Source of the DNA: Candidatus Bathyarchaeota archaeon
GTDB lineage: Archaea > Thermoproteota > Bathyarchaeia > Bathyarchaeales > Bathyarchaeaceae
Length of the DNA: 49,923 nt
Reading direction: 5' to 3'
Assembly (NCBI GenBank): GCA_030615265.1
Contig: JAUWZP010000003.1
Span: 1 to 49,923 of the forward strand
The translations under genes were made by a program, and so were the position numbers. Shown piece by piece: positions 1 through 8,450 of this stretch. Every line of letters starts with the position of its first letter. The first letter of the stretch is position 1. A model generated the notes under the pieces. That model searched no databases. It was not told the DNA's origin and worked only from the letters and a program-made list of their open reading frames with translations.

Positions 1-2
1 CC

Positions 3-998
3 AAGGTTACGGTGAAAAATCTTGAACAGGTTGGAAAGATTTTTGGTCCGGCGCAGGCTGCTGTGGCTAAGGCTGTGGCAGACGCTGTGGAAGAAGGCAT
101 TGTCCCTAAGGATAAGATTGATGATTGGGTGATAATATGCAGTGTTTTCGTGCATCCTCAGGCTAAGGATTATCGGAGAATTTACCATTATAATTATGGA
201 GCCACCAAGCTGGCATTAACGAGGGCTTTAGCCAAGTATCCGCCTTTAGCCAAGATATTCTACGACAAGGACAGAGCTAAACATCCAATAATGGGATTCC
301 GGGTTCCAAGGCTTTGGAGACCCCCCTACGTGCAGATAGCGCTTGACGTTCCAAGTCTTGAAAGAACAAAGGAGATTATTAGCGCTCTACCTGATAGCGA
401 CCGCATTATTCTGGAAGTTGGCACTCCGTTATTGAAGAAATATGGTGTAAACGCTATTCGTGAACTAAGAGAGCTGGTTAAAGACAAGTTCATAATAGCC
501 GACTTGAAGACACTGGATGTCGGGAAGGTTGAGGTTGACTTAGCCTTTGGAGAAACCGCGGACGGCGTTGTAGCCGCTGGACTCGCTGCAAAACAGGTGC
601 TTGACAAGTTCATTTACGAGGCTAAAAGACTTGGAATCTACGCTATAGTTGACATGATGGAAGTTGAAGACTCAATTCGAAAACTTCGTTTGTTGAAGCA
701 TTTTCCCGATGTTATAATTTTACATCGCGCCATCGACGTTGAAAAGGAGGGGACTCATCGGATGGAGTTCATTCAAGAACTTCGTAAAGCTTTCCCACAG
801 AAGAAGTTCTTAGTGGCAGTTGCTGGTGGAATAACTCCTGAGACTGCAAAGCAGGCGTTGGATTATGGAGCAGGCATAATCATCGTTGGCAGATACATAA
901 CGCAGTCAAGAGATGTGAGGCGTTCTGTTAGGGAATTCTTGGAATGTACCCGAGAAATGCGTGAGGACGTGGACCTCTACAGAGTGCATGTTGAGTAA
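3..998 (+). CDS. fae-hps: Bifunctional formaldehyde-activating enzyme / 3-hexulose-6-phosphate synthase (5'-truncated by window edge)
   Basis: Frame is open to the window start (KVTVKNLEQ...). Fae-like GPAQAAVAKAVADAVEEG and SVFVHP...YNYGATKLA, then HPS/OMPDC barrel motifs QIALD, EVGTPLLK, IADLKTLDVG, VAGGI, IVGRYIT. Confidence 0.9.
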   Translation, partial: KVTVKNLEQVGKIFGPAQAAVAKAVADAVEEGIVPKDKIDDWVIICSVFVHPQAKDYRRIYHYNYGATKLALTRALAKYPPLAKIFYDKDRAKHPIMGFRVPRLWRPPYVQIALDVPSLERTKEIISALPDSDRIILEVGTPLLKKYGVNAIRELRELVKDKFIIADLKTLDVGKVEVDLAFGETADGVVAAGLAAKQVLDKFIYEAKRLGIYAIVDMMEVEDSIRKLRLLKHFPDVIILHRAIDVEKEGTHRMEFIQELRKAFPQKKFLVAVAGGITPETAKQALDYGAGIIIVGRYITQSRDVRRSVREFLECTREMREDVDLYRVHVE

Positions 999-1057
999 AC
1001 TTCGCCCCTCTCTATTTTTCTGCGTAAGGTTAACATGCCAAATCATACACTAATTTA

Positions 1058-1336
1058 GTGATACAAATGATTATCTTGAAGCATGTAGAACACAAAATTG
1101 AAGACTCCGACGAATTTGAAAATCTCCTGAGTCATGTGAGAGAAACTACATCGAAAGTTGACGGTGTAGAGTTCAAAGACATTTACTTTCCAAAAGGCAA
1201 AGATGAATTCATCTTAGCAATGGATTGTACAAATGAAGACAAATATTTAGAATGGAGAGACATTTGTCCACCTCCACTTGGAGCTAAGGATTGGTATGAA
1301 GTTTTGCTATCAAAAGATGAATATTTTTCAAGATAA
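1058..1336 (+). CDS. Small hypothetical protein (92 aa)
   Basis: AT-rich ORF with a plausible globular sequence; no family recognised. Confidence 0.65.
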   Translation: MIQMIILKHVEHKIEDSDEFENLLSHVRETTSKVDGVEFKDIYFPKGKDEFILAMDCTNEDKYLEWRDICPPPLGAKDWYEVLLSKDEYFSR

Positions 1337-1405
1337 GCAGGCTTCGGGCAACTCTGCGTCGCTTCGCTCCTTGCCTCACCTTCGGCGAGGTCATATAAGA
1401 GCGGA
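1334..1405. repeat. GC-rich imperfect hairpin element overlapping the stop codon (attC-like)
   Basis: GGGCAA(1346-51)/TTGCCT(1371-76) and CCTCACC-TTC-GGCGAGG(1374-90) stems, repeated CTTCG motifs, in an AT-rich context. Confidence 0.35.
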
Positions 1406-1424
1406 TAAAAGGGAAGGATAGAGT

Positions 1425-2621
1425 GTGAAAATGAATAAAAAAGCAAGCGCTTTTTGCATTTCTCTTTTACTGTTATCCACCCTTGCATTTCAGAACATAA
1501 CTATTGTGAGAAGTACAACCGAAGAGGAAGAAACCGAATATTATGTTAAAAGTACGGTTACATATTCAAACAAGGGAAGCAAAGCTTGGAACTTCACAGA
1601 GCGAGAAGACCGCACCGTGGGTTTGTTCATGAACAGCTCATGGCAAACAGGATATCTGGTAAATTCAACAGTCTTCATTGAGGCTATCGAAAATGATACG
1701 GATGGAAACCAGATTGCTGTTTTACAGTTTCCCGAGATGCTGCTTGATCCCGGAGAAAACATTAGTTACGCCGTTACCTACCGTGTTGTTTCAAAACCTC
1801 GCACACTTGATGGCATCAATGAAACTGCCTCAGAAAGTTTGGATGAAATTCCCGAGCCCTTAAAAGAGAGATATTTAGGGGCAGAGGGGCCTTGGCTTGT
1901 CAATGACACAGAACTTCGGAGTTTAGCACTTAACCTAGCTGGAAACGAATCAAATGTGCTAACAATTATCAAGAATTTCGTCTCTTGGATTGCAGAAAAC
2001 ATCAACTATACAGAAACACATGAGGTTCCTCTCTACCCAAATGAAACTCTTATCGAAGGAAAAGGAGACTGCGACGACCAGGCAATCTTACTCGTTACGC
2101 TGTCTCGAATAGTTGGCATTCCAGCGTTCATTCAAATCGGCGCAATCTATAAGTTCGGTTCGTCGCTGACAAAAACAAGCTACTGGGGCAATCATGTGAC
2201 ATCCGTTCAGAAACGAATTGGCTGGCATGGTTGGGCGATGGTGTACATTCCGCCATGGGGATGGCTGCCTGTTGACCTCACATATGTCTTTGGAGGACTC
2301 GAGAGTAACTCGTTAAATGCTATAACCAATGCTGCAGTGACCTGGCAGGGCACAATTCAATACATGAACATCTCGCAGACTGACTATGTAGCTTCTACTC
2401 GTGAGACAAAAGAATTTCTCCTAGCCAACGGGTTTTACGTGTCCCTTGAAGACGAAATGATAGAGGTACCCCGTCAGAAGAACCTGTTTGGCGAAGGCGC
2501 GGAAAGGCTGTTTCCAGTAATTATTATACTCGCCGCTGTTCTTCTACTTGCAAGTTCTTACATTATAACTAGAAGGTTGAGTAGAAAAGAAGAGACGCCA
2601 GAATCGTTGACAAAGAGTTAG
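1425..2621 (+). CDS. Membrane-anchored transglutaminase-like domain protein
   Basis: Signal peptide; GDCDDQAILL (Cys), HGWAMVY (His), WLPVDLT (Asp) triad; C-terminal TM helix. Confidence 0.85.
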   Translation: MKMNKKASAFCISLLLLSTLAFQNITIVRSTTEEEETEYYVKSTVTYSNKGSKAWNFTEREDRTVGLFMNSSWQTGYLVNSTVFIEAIENDTDGNQIAVLQFPEMLLDPGENISYAVTYRVVSKPRTLDGINETASESLDEIPEPLKERYLGAEGPWLVNDTELRSLALNLAGNESNVLTIIKNFVSWIAENINYTETHEVPLYPNETLIEGKGDCDDQAILLVTLSRIVGIPAFIQIGAIYKFGSSLTKTSYWGNHVTSVQKRIGWHGWAMVYIPPWGWLPVDLTYVFGGLESNSLNAITNAAVTWQGTIQYMNISQTDYVASTRETKEFLLANGFYVSLEDEMIEVPRQKNLFGEGAERLFPVIIILAAVLLLASSYIITRRLSRKEETPESLTKS

Positions 2622-2726
2622 AAGACACACTTAAGCTTGCTTTTTTCATTTAGGCGAATCCTTAATAAACGAAGGTATATCTTCAATAATGCTACAGCAT
2701 CTGTTACATCAGGAGAGTAGAGTCAT

Positions 2727-3221
2727 TTGGCGAGATACAAAGTAATAGTTTCAGACCCCGAAACTGGAGAGGCAAAAGCTGTTGAGGTTGAAGGTGCCCA
2801 TGCTGTTCCGTTAATTGGGAAAAGAATCGGTGAAACCATTGACGGATCCGTAGTCGGCTTGTCGGGTCACAAATTGCAGGTTACTGGCGGGTCTGACAAG
2901 GACGGTTTCCCCATGAGACCCAGCATTCACGGTGGAGTTAGAATTAGATCAATTATAAGCGGAGGAGTGGGCTTCCATTCCAAACGAGCAGGGGAAAGAC
3001 GTAGGAAAACTCTTCGTGGAAACGTGATAACCGAAGAGATTGTTCAGATTAACATGAAAATTTTGGAAAAACCGAAAAAAACAAAAAAACCAAAAGAGGT
3101 CAAGAAAGAGAAGAAAGAGGAAAAAGTGAAAAAAGAGGCTGAGAAAAAGGAAACAGTGACAAAAACTGAACCTGCAAAGCCTGGAGGTAAATCTTCTGAG
3201 AAAACTGCCCAACCAGCCTGA
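2727..3221 (+). CDS. rps6e: 30S ribosomal protein S6e (K/E-rich C-terminal tail)
   Basis: LQVTGGSDKDGFPMRP and GERRRKTLRGN motifs; GGAG upstream of the TTG start. Confidence 0.97.
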   Translation: MARYKVIVSDPETGEAKAVEVEGAHAVPLIGKRIGETIDGSVVGLSGHKLQVTGGSDKDGFPMRPSIHGGVRIRSIISGGVGFHSKRAGERRRKTLRGNVITEEIVQINMKILEKPKKTKKPKEVKKEKKEEKVKKEAEKKETVTKTEPAKPGGKSSEKTAQPA

Positions 3222-3274
3222 AGTCAACATTGTTATCTTTAGTTTATAGCCGAAGGTCACAATAAGTTTTATAT

Positions 3275-4567
3275 ATGTCCACCGCATATTCTTATTCGAT
3301 GGTTAAAATGGCGAAGATGCATGAAGGAAGATTAGATGTCGATAACCGTGACGAGCACGGTTGGTTTAAGAAGGGAGCGCATTCTTACACGCCGCTTCTA
3401 CGCTGTAAAAGTGTTCAGTTGCTGTCGAAAAGCTATCCGGTGAGTAGCAGAGCTGGAAACCTTTACCAGCTTAAATGGTTCCTGGACTATAACAGTTTGA
3501 GCCCGGAAGAATTCTTATCGTTGAGCGCCCAGGAAGTTAAGAAGGTGATTATCGGGGCTTGCTTAACCAAGAATGGTGAAGGCAAAACTAGCACGCGAAG
3601 GATGTTCTATGTGGTTATGCGGCTTCTAGCGTTAAACGGTAGAGCTGTCGATTTTACCAGGCAAGAGCGCAAGACGTTTCTGAAAAGAGGGATGCGAAAG
3701 AAGATAGCGAGACAGTACATTCCAACGCAAGAAGACATCTTCAGGATGGCTGACAGTTTTCCGAATAAGGGTCCATTGCAGATGAAGAGAGGCAAAGCGA
3801 TAGTGCTTTGTTTATGGCAATCTGGAGTACGTGCAAGCTGTCTATGTTCATGGACTTGGGCTATGTTCAAAGATAAGCTGTACCCAACGGTTCAAACGCC
3901 GATACCCATTAGAGTTGTGGCTGAGAGACCGGAAGGCGTCAACGACGTTGCAGTGGACACCAAGATCTCAGCTTACGACGTGAGCTATTATTTTACTTTC
4001 GTACATGAAGAGGCAGCAAAGGTCCTCAAGAGCTATTTGGATGAGCGTATGAAACGGGGTTGGCAACCTAAAGATGAGGACCGTGTTTTCGTCACTGAAG
4101 CAATCAACAGAAGAGGAACACCGTTAAAACCAGTGATGCTTAACGAGATCGTTAAGTCTGGAGCGAAACAAATCGGCATCGATCCAGACTCAATATGGAC
4201 CCATTGCCTACGCAAAGCCTTCAGGAAAACATTGTATTCAAGCGGTGTGGACCCTGACATCGCTGAAGCATTGATGGGACACAAGTTAAACGCTTCTAGA
4301 GGTAGCTACTTCGACTATCACGACTTGGATTTCACGAAAAGAGAGTATCAGAGAGGGTTTTGGGGACGCATAAACCGGGATAGAGTGCGAGAGCTGGAAG
4401 AGAGCGTTGCAAAGGTGAAGACGTATGAGAAACGCATTGAAGAGTTAGAGCAGAAAAACCAAGAACTAAAGCAAAGGTTGAATGGCCACGTGTTGAGTAC
4501 CGATCAAATATCTGAGCTGCTCAAGCGCATAGAGAAACTGGAAAAACAAGCGCAAAAACAGATATAG
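3275..4567 (+). CDS. Tyrosine recombinase/integrase with C-terminal coiled coil (true start may be 3299 or 3308)
   Basis: Catalytic set SGVRAS (R), DTK (K), HCLRK (HxxR), LMGHK (H), SYF (Y). Confidence 0.92.
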   Translation: MSTAYSYSMVKMAKMHEGRLDVDNRDEHGWFKKGAHSYTPLLRCKSVQLLSKSYPVSSRAGNLYQLKWFLDYNSLSPEEFLSLSAQEVKKVIIGACLTKNGEGKTSTRRMFYVVMRLLALNGRAVDFTRQERKTFLKRGMRKKIARQYIPTQEDIFRMADSFPNKGPLQMKRGKAIVLCLWQSGVRASCLCSWTWAMFKDKLYPTVQTPIPIRVVAERPEGVNDVAVDTKISAYDVSYYFTFVHEEAAKVLKSYLDERMKRGWQPKDEDRVFVTEAINRRGTPLKPVMLNEIVKSGAKQIGIDPDSIWTHCLRKAFRKTLYSSGVDPDIAEALMGHKLNASRGSYFDYHDLDFTKREYQRGFWGRINRDRVRELEESVAKVKTYEKRIEELEQKNQELKQRLNGHVLSTDQISELLKRIEKLEKQAQKQI

Positions 4568-4568
4568 C

Positions 4569-6146
4569 TTAATTCTTGTCAGTTCCTACATCTTCGTCCC
4601 AGTATTCTTCCTTCCAGTATTCCTTAAATTCTACAAGAATTTTCTTCAAAAGTTTCCCATCCTTAAAAGGTTTCTCTAAATTTGGATAATATTTTTTGAG
4701 AAATCTATGCCAAGCTTTTTCCCTTCTACGGTAGAGGTTGCCAACACTAAGTCTCGTGGTTCCTCTTCTCTTTCGTGGATGGATCCCTCTATACTTTCCC
4801 ACTTTAATTTCTCCAACAACCCTTCCAACATCTTGAGAAACCAGGTAATCATTCAAAACCGAGTGAAGATCAACGTTTGGATTGTGATCTGCTATGATGT
4901 ATTCTAGTAGAGCTGCATCTAAAATCTTTGCAATGTCTCTGAACTTCGGTTCTTCGCCTATTTTCTCCTTATGTTCCCTTCTTAAGATTCTCCAGCTCTC
5001 GTAGAAACCTTGATTTCTCCAATCGGAACCACTTATTATCCACATACATAATGCCTTAACGCTTTCTTCATCTTCTTTCCGAACTACATATCTGATCATG
5101 CTATCAAAGTGTGCATATTCTCTGGGAAGTTTAGGTGATGTTATCTCATGGAACAATGGAGGTGAGACATGATCTATAGAATTCACGGAAAGGTCTTCTC
5201 TTCTTCGTTTGAAGCCAAGTTTTACCCAAAAGCAGTGGGGCATGAACCAGTCTGCATCCTTTTCTAATTGACTTTCAATCCATCGCTTAATCTTTTCATG
5301 TTTGACAAAGATAGGAAGAGTTTCTATGGGTTGTGGTAGTAAGGGAACTAATTCTTTCTCTCCACTTCGCGCTATTTTCCTTTCCCCGGACGGAAGTGTT
5401 GTGTATATTTCGAAATGGGTCTTCTTTCCGGCATACTGCAGAACTTTCTCCAGATGTTTTTTCCAGAATTCCGTATATGCCTTCTTATCGTCGTCATATG
5501 TCAAATTCATATCTATATAGAGCGGACCTAGAAGGTTAGGCCTGCGTTCCCTGAGAGTCTGCCAGTAGAAAGACCATAAAACCTTCAACAGGACAACTAC
5601 CTCGCCCTCATTAGCAGGAGAAAGATCAATACTCAGAGACACTTTACCCAAAGAAGAACATAAAGCCGCAGAAAGCTCCAAAATTCTATCTCTTATAAAG
5701 CTGTTTGAAAGAATTGCAGTTCTTGTAATGTTATCTGGATCACCGGTTATATTGGCTACAACTTCCTTTTCCTCTTCAAGTTTCAACTTGATTCTTAACC
5801 TAGGATTCTCTAATGGAGCAAGAAAGTAGTCATCAAGTATTTGCAATGCTTTCCTTCCCTTGTCACTCAAAATGAGACTGTACCCTTTCCAATCTTCTAG
5901 ATACCCACATTTTTTGAGCCAGTAAAAACTTGGAATGAGATGTGTGTTACTCATTCCAAGAGATTTTCTTTTAATATCAGAAACGCGAGTTCCTGTATGC
6001 TTTTGTCCAATGGATTTCAAAATACTGTAGATGCGTTGTTTATCTTTATCTTTAAGATCCTCTATTGTGGAATATCGCTCTAATCGTTCCTTTACTTGAT
6101 CCATCGAGATTGGCATAGGGACACCTTTTTCCGAAATACTATTCAT
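4569..6146 (-). CDS. Hypothetical protein (525 aa) with a possible N-terminal winged helix
   Basis: Long ORF; ...WLKKCGYLE...LILSDKGRKAL resembles a wHTH wing; remainder unrecognised. Confidence 0.7.
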   Translation of the reverse strand: MNSISEKGVPMPISMDQVKERLERYSTIEDLKDKDKQRIYSILKSIGQKHTGTRVSDIKRKSLGMSNTHLIPSFYWLKKCGYLEDWKGYSLILSDKGRKALQILDDYFLAPLENPRLRIKLKLEEEKEVVANITGDPDNITRTAILSNSFIRDRILELSAALCSSLGKVSLSIDLSPANEGEVVVLLKVLWSFYWQTLRERRPNLLGPLYIDMNLTYDDDKKAYTEFWKKHLEKVLQYAGKKTHFEIYTTLPSGERKIARSGEKELVPLLPQPIETLPIFVKHEKIKRWIESQLEKDADWFMPHCFWVKLGFKRRREDLSVNSIDHVSPPLFHEITSPKLPREYAHFDSMIRYVVRKEDEESVKALCMWIISGSDWRNQGFYESWRILRREHKEKIGEEPKFRDIAKILDAALLEYIIADHNPNVDLHSVLNDYLVSQDVGRVVGEIKVGKYRGIHPRKRRGTTRLSVGNLYRRREKAWHRFLKKYYPNLEKPFKDGKLLKKILVEFKEYWKEEYWDEDVGTDKN

Positions 6147-6185
6147 GGTGTCCCTGCTACTTAAGGTTACATATGCGTCACGGAG

Positions 6186-6395
6186 ATGATCTTGATGAGT
6201 TACAGAAAAATGGTCCAGTTAAATGTCAGAGTACCTCAAAACCTAAAAAAACTAATGAAAGAATACATCGAGCTAGACGCTCACAAGGACTTGAGCGAGT
6301 TAACAAGAGACGCCTTGCGAGAGAAGATCAAACGAGACGCTCCACACCTCTACGAAAGTTTGTTTAAAGGAGAAGCTAAGATTGAACCGATATGA
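6186..6395 (+). CDS. Ribbon-helix-helix (CopG-like) DNA-binding protein
   Basis: VQLNVRVPQNLKKLMKEYI...DLSELTRDALREKI matches the RHH pattern; divergent from the 525-aa gene. Confidence 0.8.
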   Translation: MILMSYRKMVQLNVRVPQNLKKLMKEYIELDAHKDLSELTRDALREKIKRDAPHLYESLFKGEAKIEPI

Positions 6396-6495
6396 GTTTT
6401 TTCAGAAGATTCTAGCACAGCTCAACGAAATCCAGACAGCTCTTAACACTTTGTACGCGCAGATAAAAGAAGAGATCAAGAATGAGCAACATTGA
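6382..6495 (+). CDS. Small coiled-coil hypothetical (37 aa; not in ORF track)
   Basis: GGAG at 6369-72, TTG start, MNRYEFFQKILAQLNEIQTALNTLYAQIKEEIKNEQH*; overlaps both neighbours as in phage operons. Confidence 0.5.
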   Translation: MNRYEFFQKILAQLNEIQTALNTLYAQIKEEIKNEQH

Positions 6496-6661
6496 CTTCT
6501 TTGTTAAGCTACGTGATGCAGTCCAGATGACCGCGGATGCCGCCAACGAGCAATTAGAGAAAATGGCTTCTCTTAGCGTCAAATATAACAAAAGAGTTTT
6601 TGACAATTTGATGTGGGAAACGAAGTCTGGAACGAAAGGCGACTGTCAACAGACACAGTAG
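6482..6661 (+). CDS. Small mobile-element hypothetical (59 aa; possibly truncated; not in ORF track)
   Basis: MSNIDFFVKLRDAVQMTADAANEQLEKMASLSVKYNKRVFDNLMWETKSGTKGDCQQTQ*; overlaps the preceding ORF. Confidence 0.55.
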   Translation: MSNIDFFVKLRDAVQMTADAANEQLEKMASLSVKYNKRVFDNLMWETKSGTKGDCQQTQ

Positions 6662-6696
6662 CCAACGCTTCCCAAACACGCCACGGAGCGAGCAAC

Positions 6697-8349
6697 ATGA
6701 CTAATAGCAAGGAAGACGATGAAAAACCTACGGAGATCCCAGCTTCCATAACTTCGTTTTTAATGAATGACATCCTTTTCCCTGGTCTAATGGAGCCGTA
6801 CATGCAACAAGTCAACGAGAAGCTTGGGGACCCTAACCTTCTCGAATGGGTAACAGAAGTCTTGTCAAACCGGATTGTCGGTGAAGACCTGAACAAACTC
6901 ACGCTTTTCCTGATAGCGCTTTCATACAAAACGGATGATCCTCAAGGTGTCATTTTCACTGGGCCCCCGGCGATAGGCAAGTCTCACTTAGCTAGGAACG
7001 TTCTGAGACTGTTCCCCAACGTCATTAACCTTACCAGGATAACACGCGCGGTATTAGATAGGCTTGAAGTCAACTTCAACAATTACATACTCTACATCAG
7101 CGAGCTTGGAGGTCAAGAACAAGCTACACCAACAATGCGAGTTATGCTTTCAGAAGGTGAATTACGACTAGCAACAACAACGATGGAAAACGGTAAAATC
7201 CTACCCAAAGTTATAGAGACAACTGGCAAGCCAGTTTACGTTACTACTACCACTCAGATGATTGTTGAGCGTCAACTTGCAAGCCGGACATGGATGCTCA
7301 ACCTTGACGTGACTAAAGAGCAGACACAACACATTCACCGTTACCAAGCTAGGAAAGCGGCCAGCGTGAACAAAGACGAGTATAACCAAGACGAAATGGT
7401 TTTGCGATGCTTACTCTACGAGCTGGAGCCTCACAAAATCTTGATTCCTTACGCTGAAAAGCTTAGCGAGATTTTTCCTTTCGGTGAAATCCAAGCGAGA
7501 CGTGACTTTTTACGTCTTCTAGCATTGATAAAATGTGTAACGTTAATCTTTCAGAAGCAAAGGGCGCTAGTAGAATCTAACAGTGAAAAGGTGCTTCTCG
7601 CCAACTTAACCGATTTGGCTTACGCCTTGAAACTGGTGAAGCCTATTCTCTTCACCACTTTGTATGCGCTGCCTAGGAAAGCGTTTGAAGTGCTAGATGT
7701 GTTCATAGACAGCAACGGCGCCGAGTACACAGCTAAAGACATGGCCCGAGAAGTGAGGTTAAGCCAAAGCCGCATAAGACGCATAATGAATGGGCTTGTA
7801 GACCGAGCGTTCTTGTATAAAGATGATTCGAGGAAGCCTCACAAATACAGCTGGACAGAAAAGAAGTTAGAAGAACCGTGCATTTTACAAACGCACGATC
7901 TTAAAGACTTCTTTACGCGAGAAGAGTTTGAATATTGGTTCGATTCAAACAAGTGTACCTACTCAGAAGCATGCAGCGACATCTACGGGACATATATTCA
8001 TCCATGTACACCATATGCTTTGGGGAAGGTACACACAATTGAAAACAAGCTTAAAACAACCGTTAAAACAGAAAAGAAGCCTGCAAGATTATGCATTAAC
8101 GAAACGCACGATCTTACAGAGACTAAGACACCACCAAAACTCCCTGAAAGAACAGCTGGGCACACACCTATAGACGAGAAAGTCAAGGCAGTGGTAGCTT
8201 TAAAGGGCACTCATGTTGATCGTTGCGCTCGATGCCAAAAAATAGAGGTGTTGCATTGGCAAATCGAGACTTTCAAAGGTGAATGGGGCCATGTATGCAA
8301 CGATTGCGGCGGTCTGTTTCAAGACATCTTAAGAAATAGGGTTCCCTGA
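6697..8349 (+). CDS. P-loop NTPase (replication helicase/primase-associated type) with wHTH and C-terminal Zn finger
   Basis: Walker A GPPAIGKS, Walker-B-like ILYISE, ARRDF motif, HTH (YTAKDMAREVRLSQSRIRRIMNGL), CARC...CNDC. GGAG precedes ATG 6697 (track start 6613). Confidence 0.75.
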   Translation: MTNSKEDDEKPTEIPASITSFLMNDILFPGLMEPYMQQVNEKLGDPNLLEWVTEVLSNRIVGEDLNKLTLFLIALSYKTDDPQGVIFTGPPAIGKSHLARNVLRLFPNVINLTRITRAVLDRLEVNFNNYILYISELGGQEQATPTMRVMLSEGELRLATTTMENGKILPKVIETTGKPVYVTTTTQMIVERQLASRTWMLNLDVTKEQTQHIHRYQARKAASVNKDEYNQDEMVLRCLLYELEPHKILIPYAEKLSEIFPFGEIQARRDFLRLLALIKCVTLIFQKQRALVESNSEKVLLANLTDLAYALKLVKPILFTTLYALPRKAFEVLDVFIDSNGAEYTAKDMAREVRLSQSRIRRIMNGLVDRAFLYKDDSRKPHKYSWTEKKLEEPCILQTHDLKDFFTREEFEYWFDSNKCTYSEACSDIYGTYIHPCTPYALGKVHTIENKLKTTVKTEKKPARLCINETHDLTETKTPPKLPERTAGHTPIDEKVKAVVALKGTHVDRCARCQKIEVLHWQIETFKGEWGHVCNDCGGLFQDILRNRVP

Positions 8350-8355
8350 AAACTC

Positions 8356-8381
8356 CATGCATGCATGTATGCATGCACGCG
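8356..8381. repeat. (ATGC)n palindromic tract
   Basis: CATGCATGCATGTATGCATGCACGCG, 6 bp after the NTPase stop. Confidence 0.9.
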
Positions 8382-8450
8382 GGTTGAAACCGGACATGTA
8401 ATAGATAATTCTTCCACAAATCATAATAAAGACGCGGAAGTCATAACGAA

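Noticed and set aside
3220-3275. attL/attR direct repeat or dif-like site for the integrase
   Set aside because: Only 6-7 nt matches to 11354-11368 and 12365-12385 found by eye; not significant.
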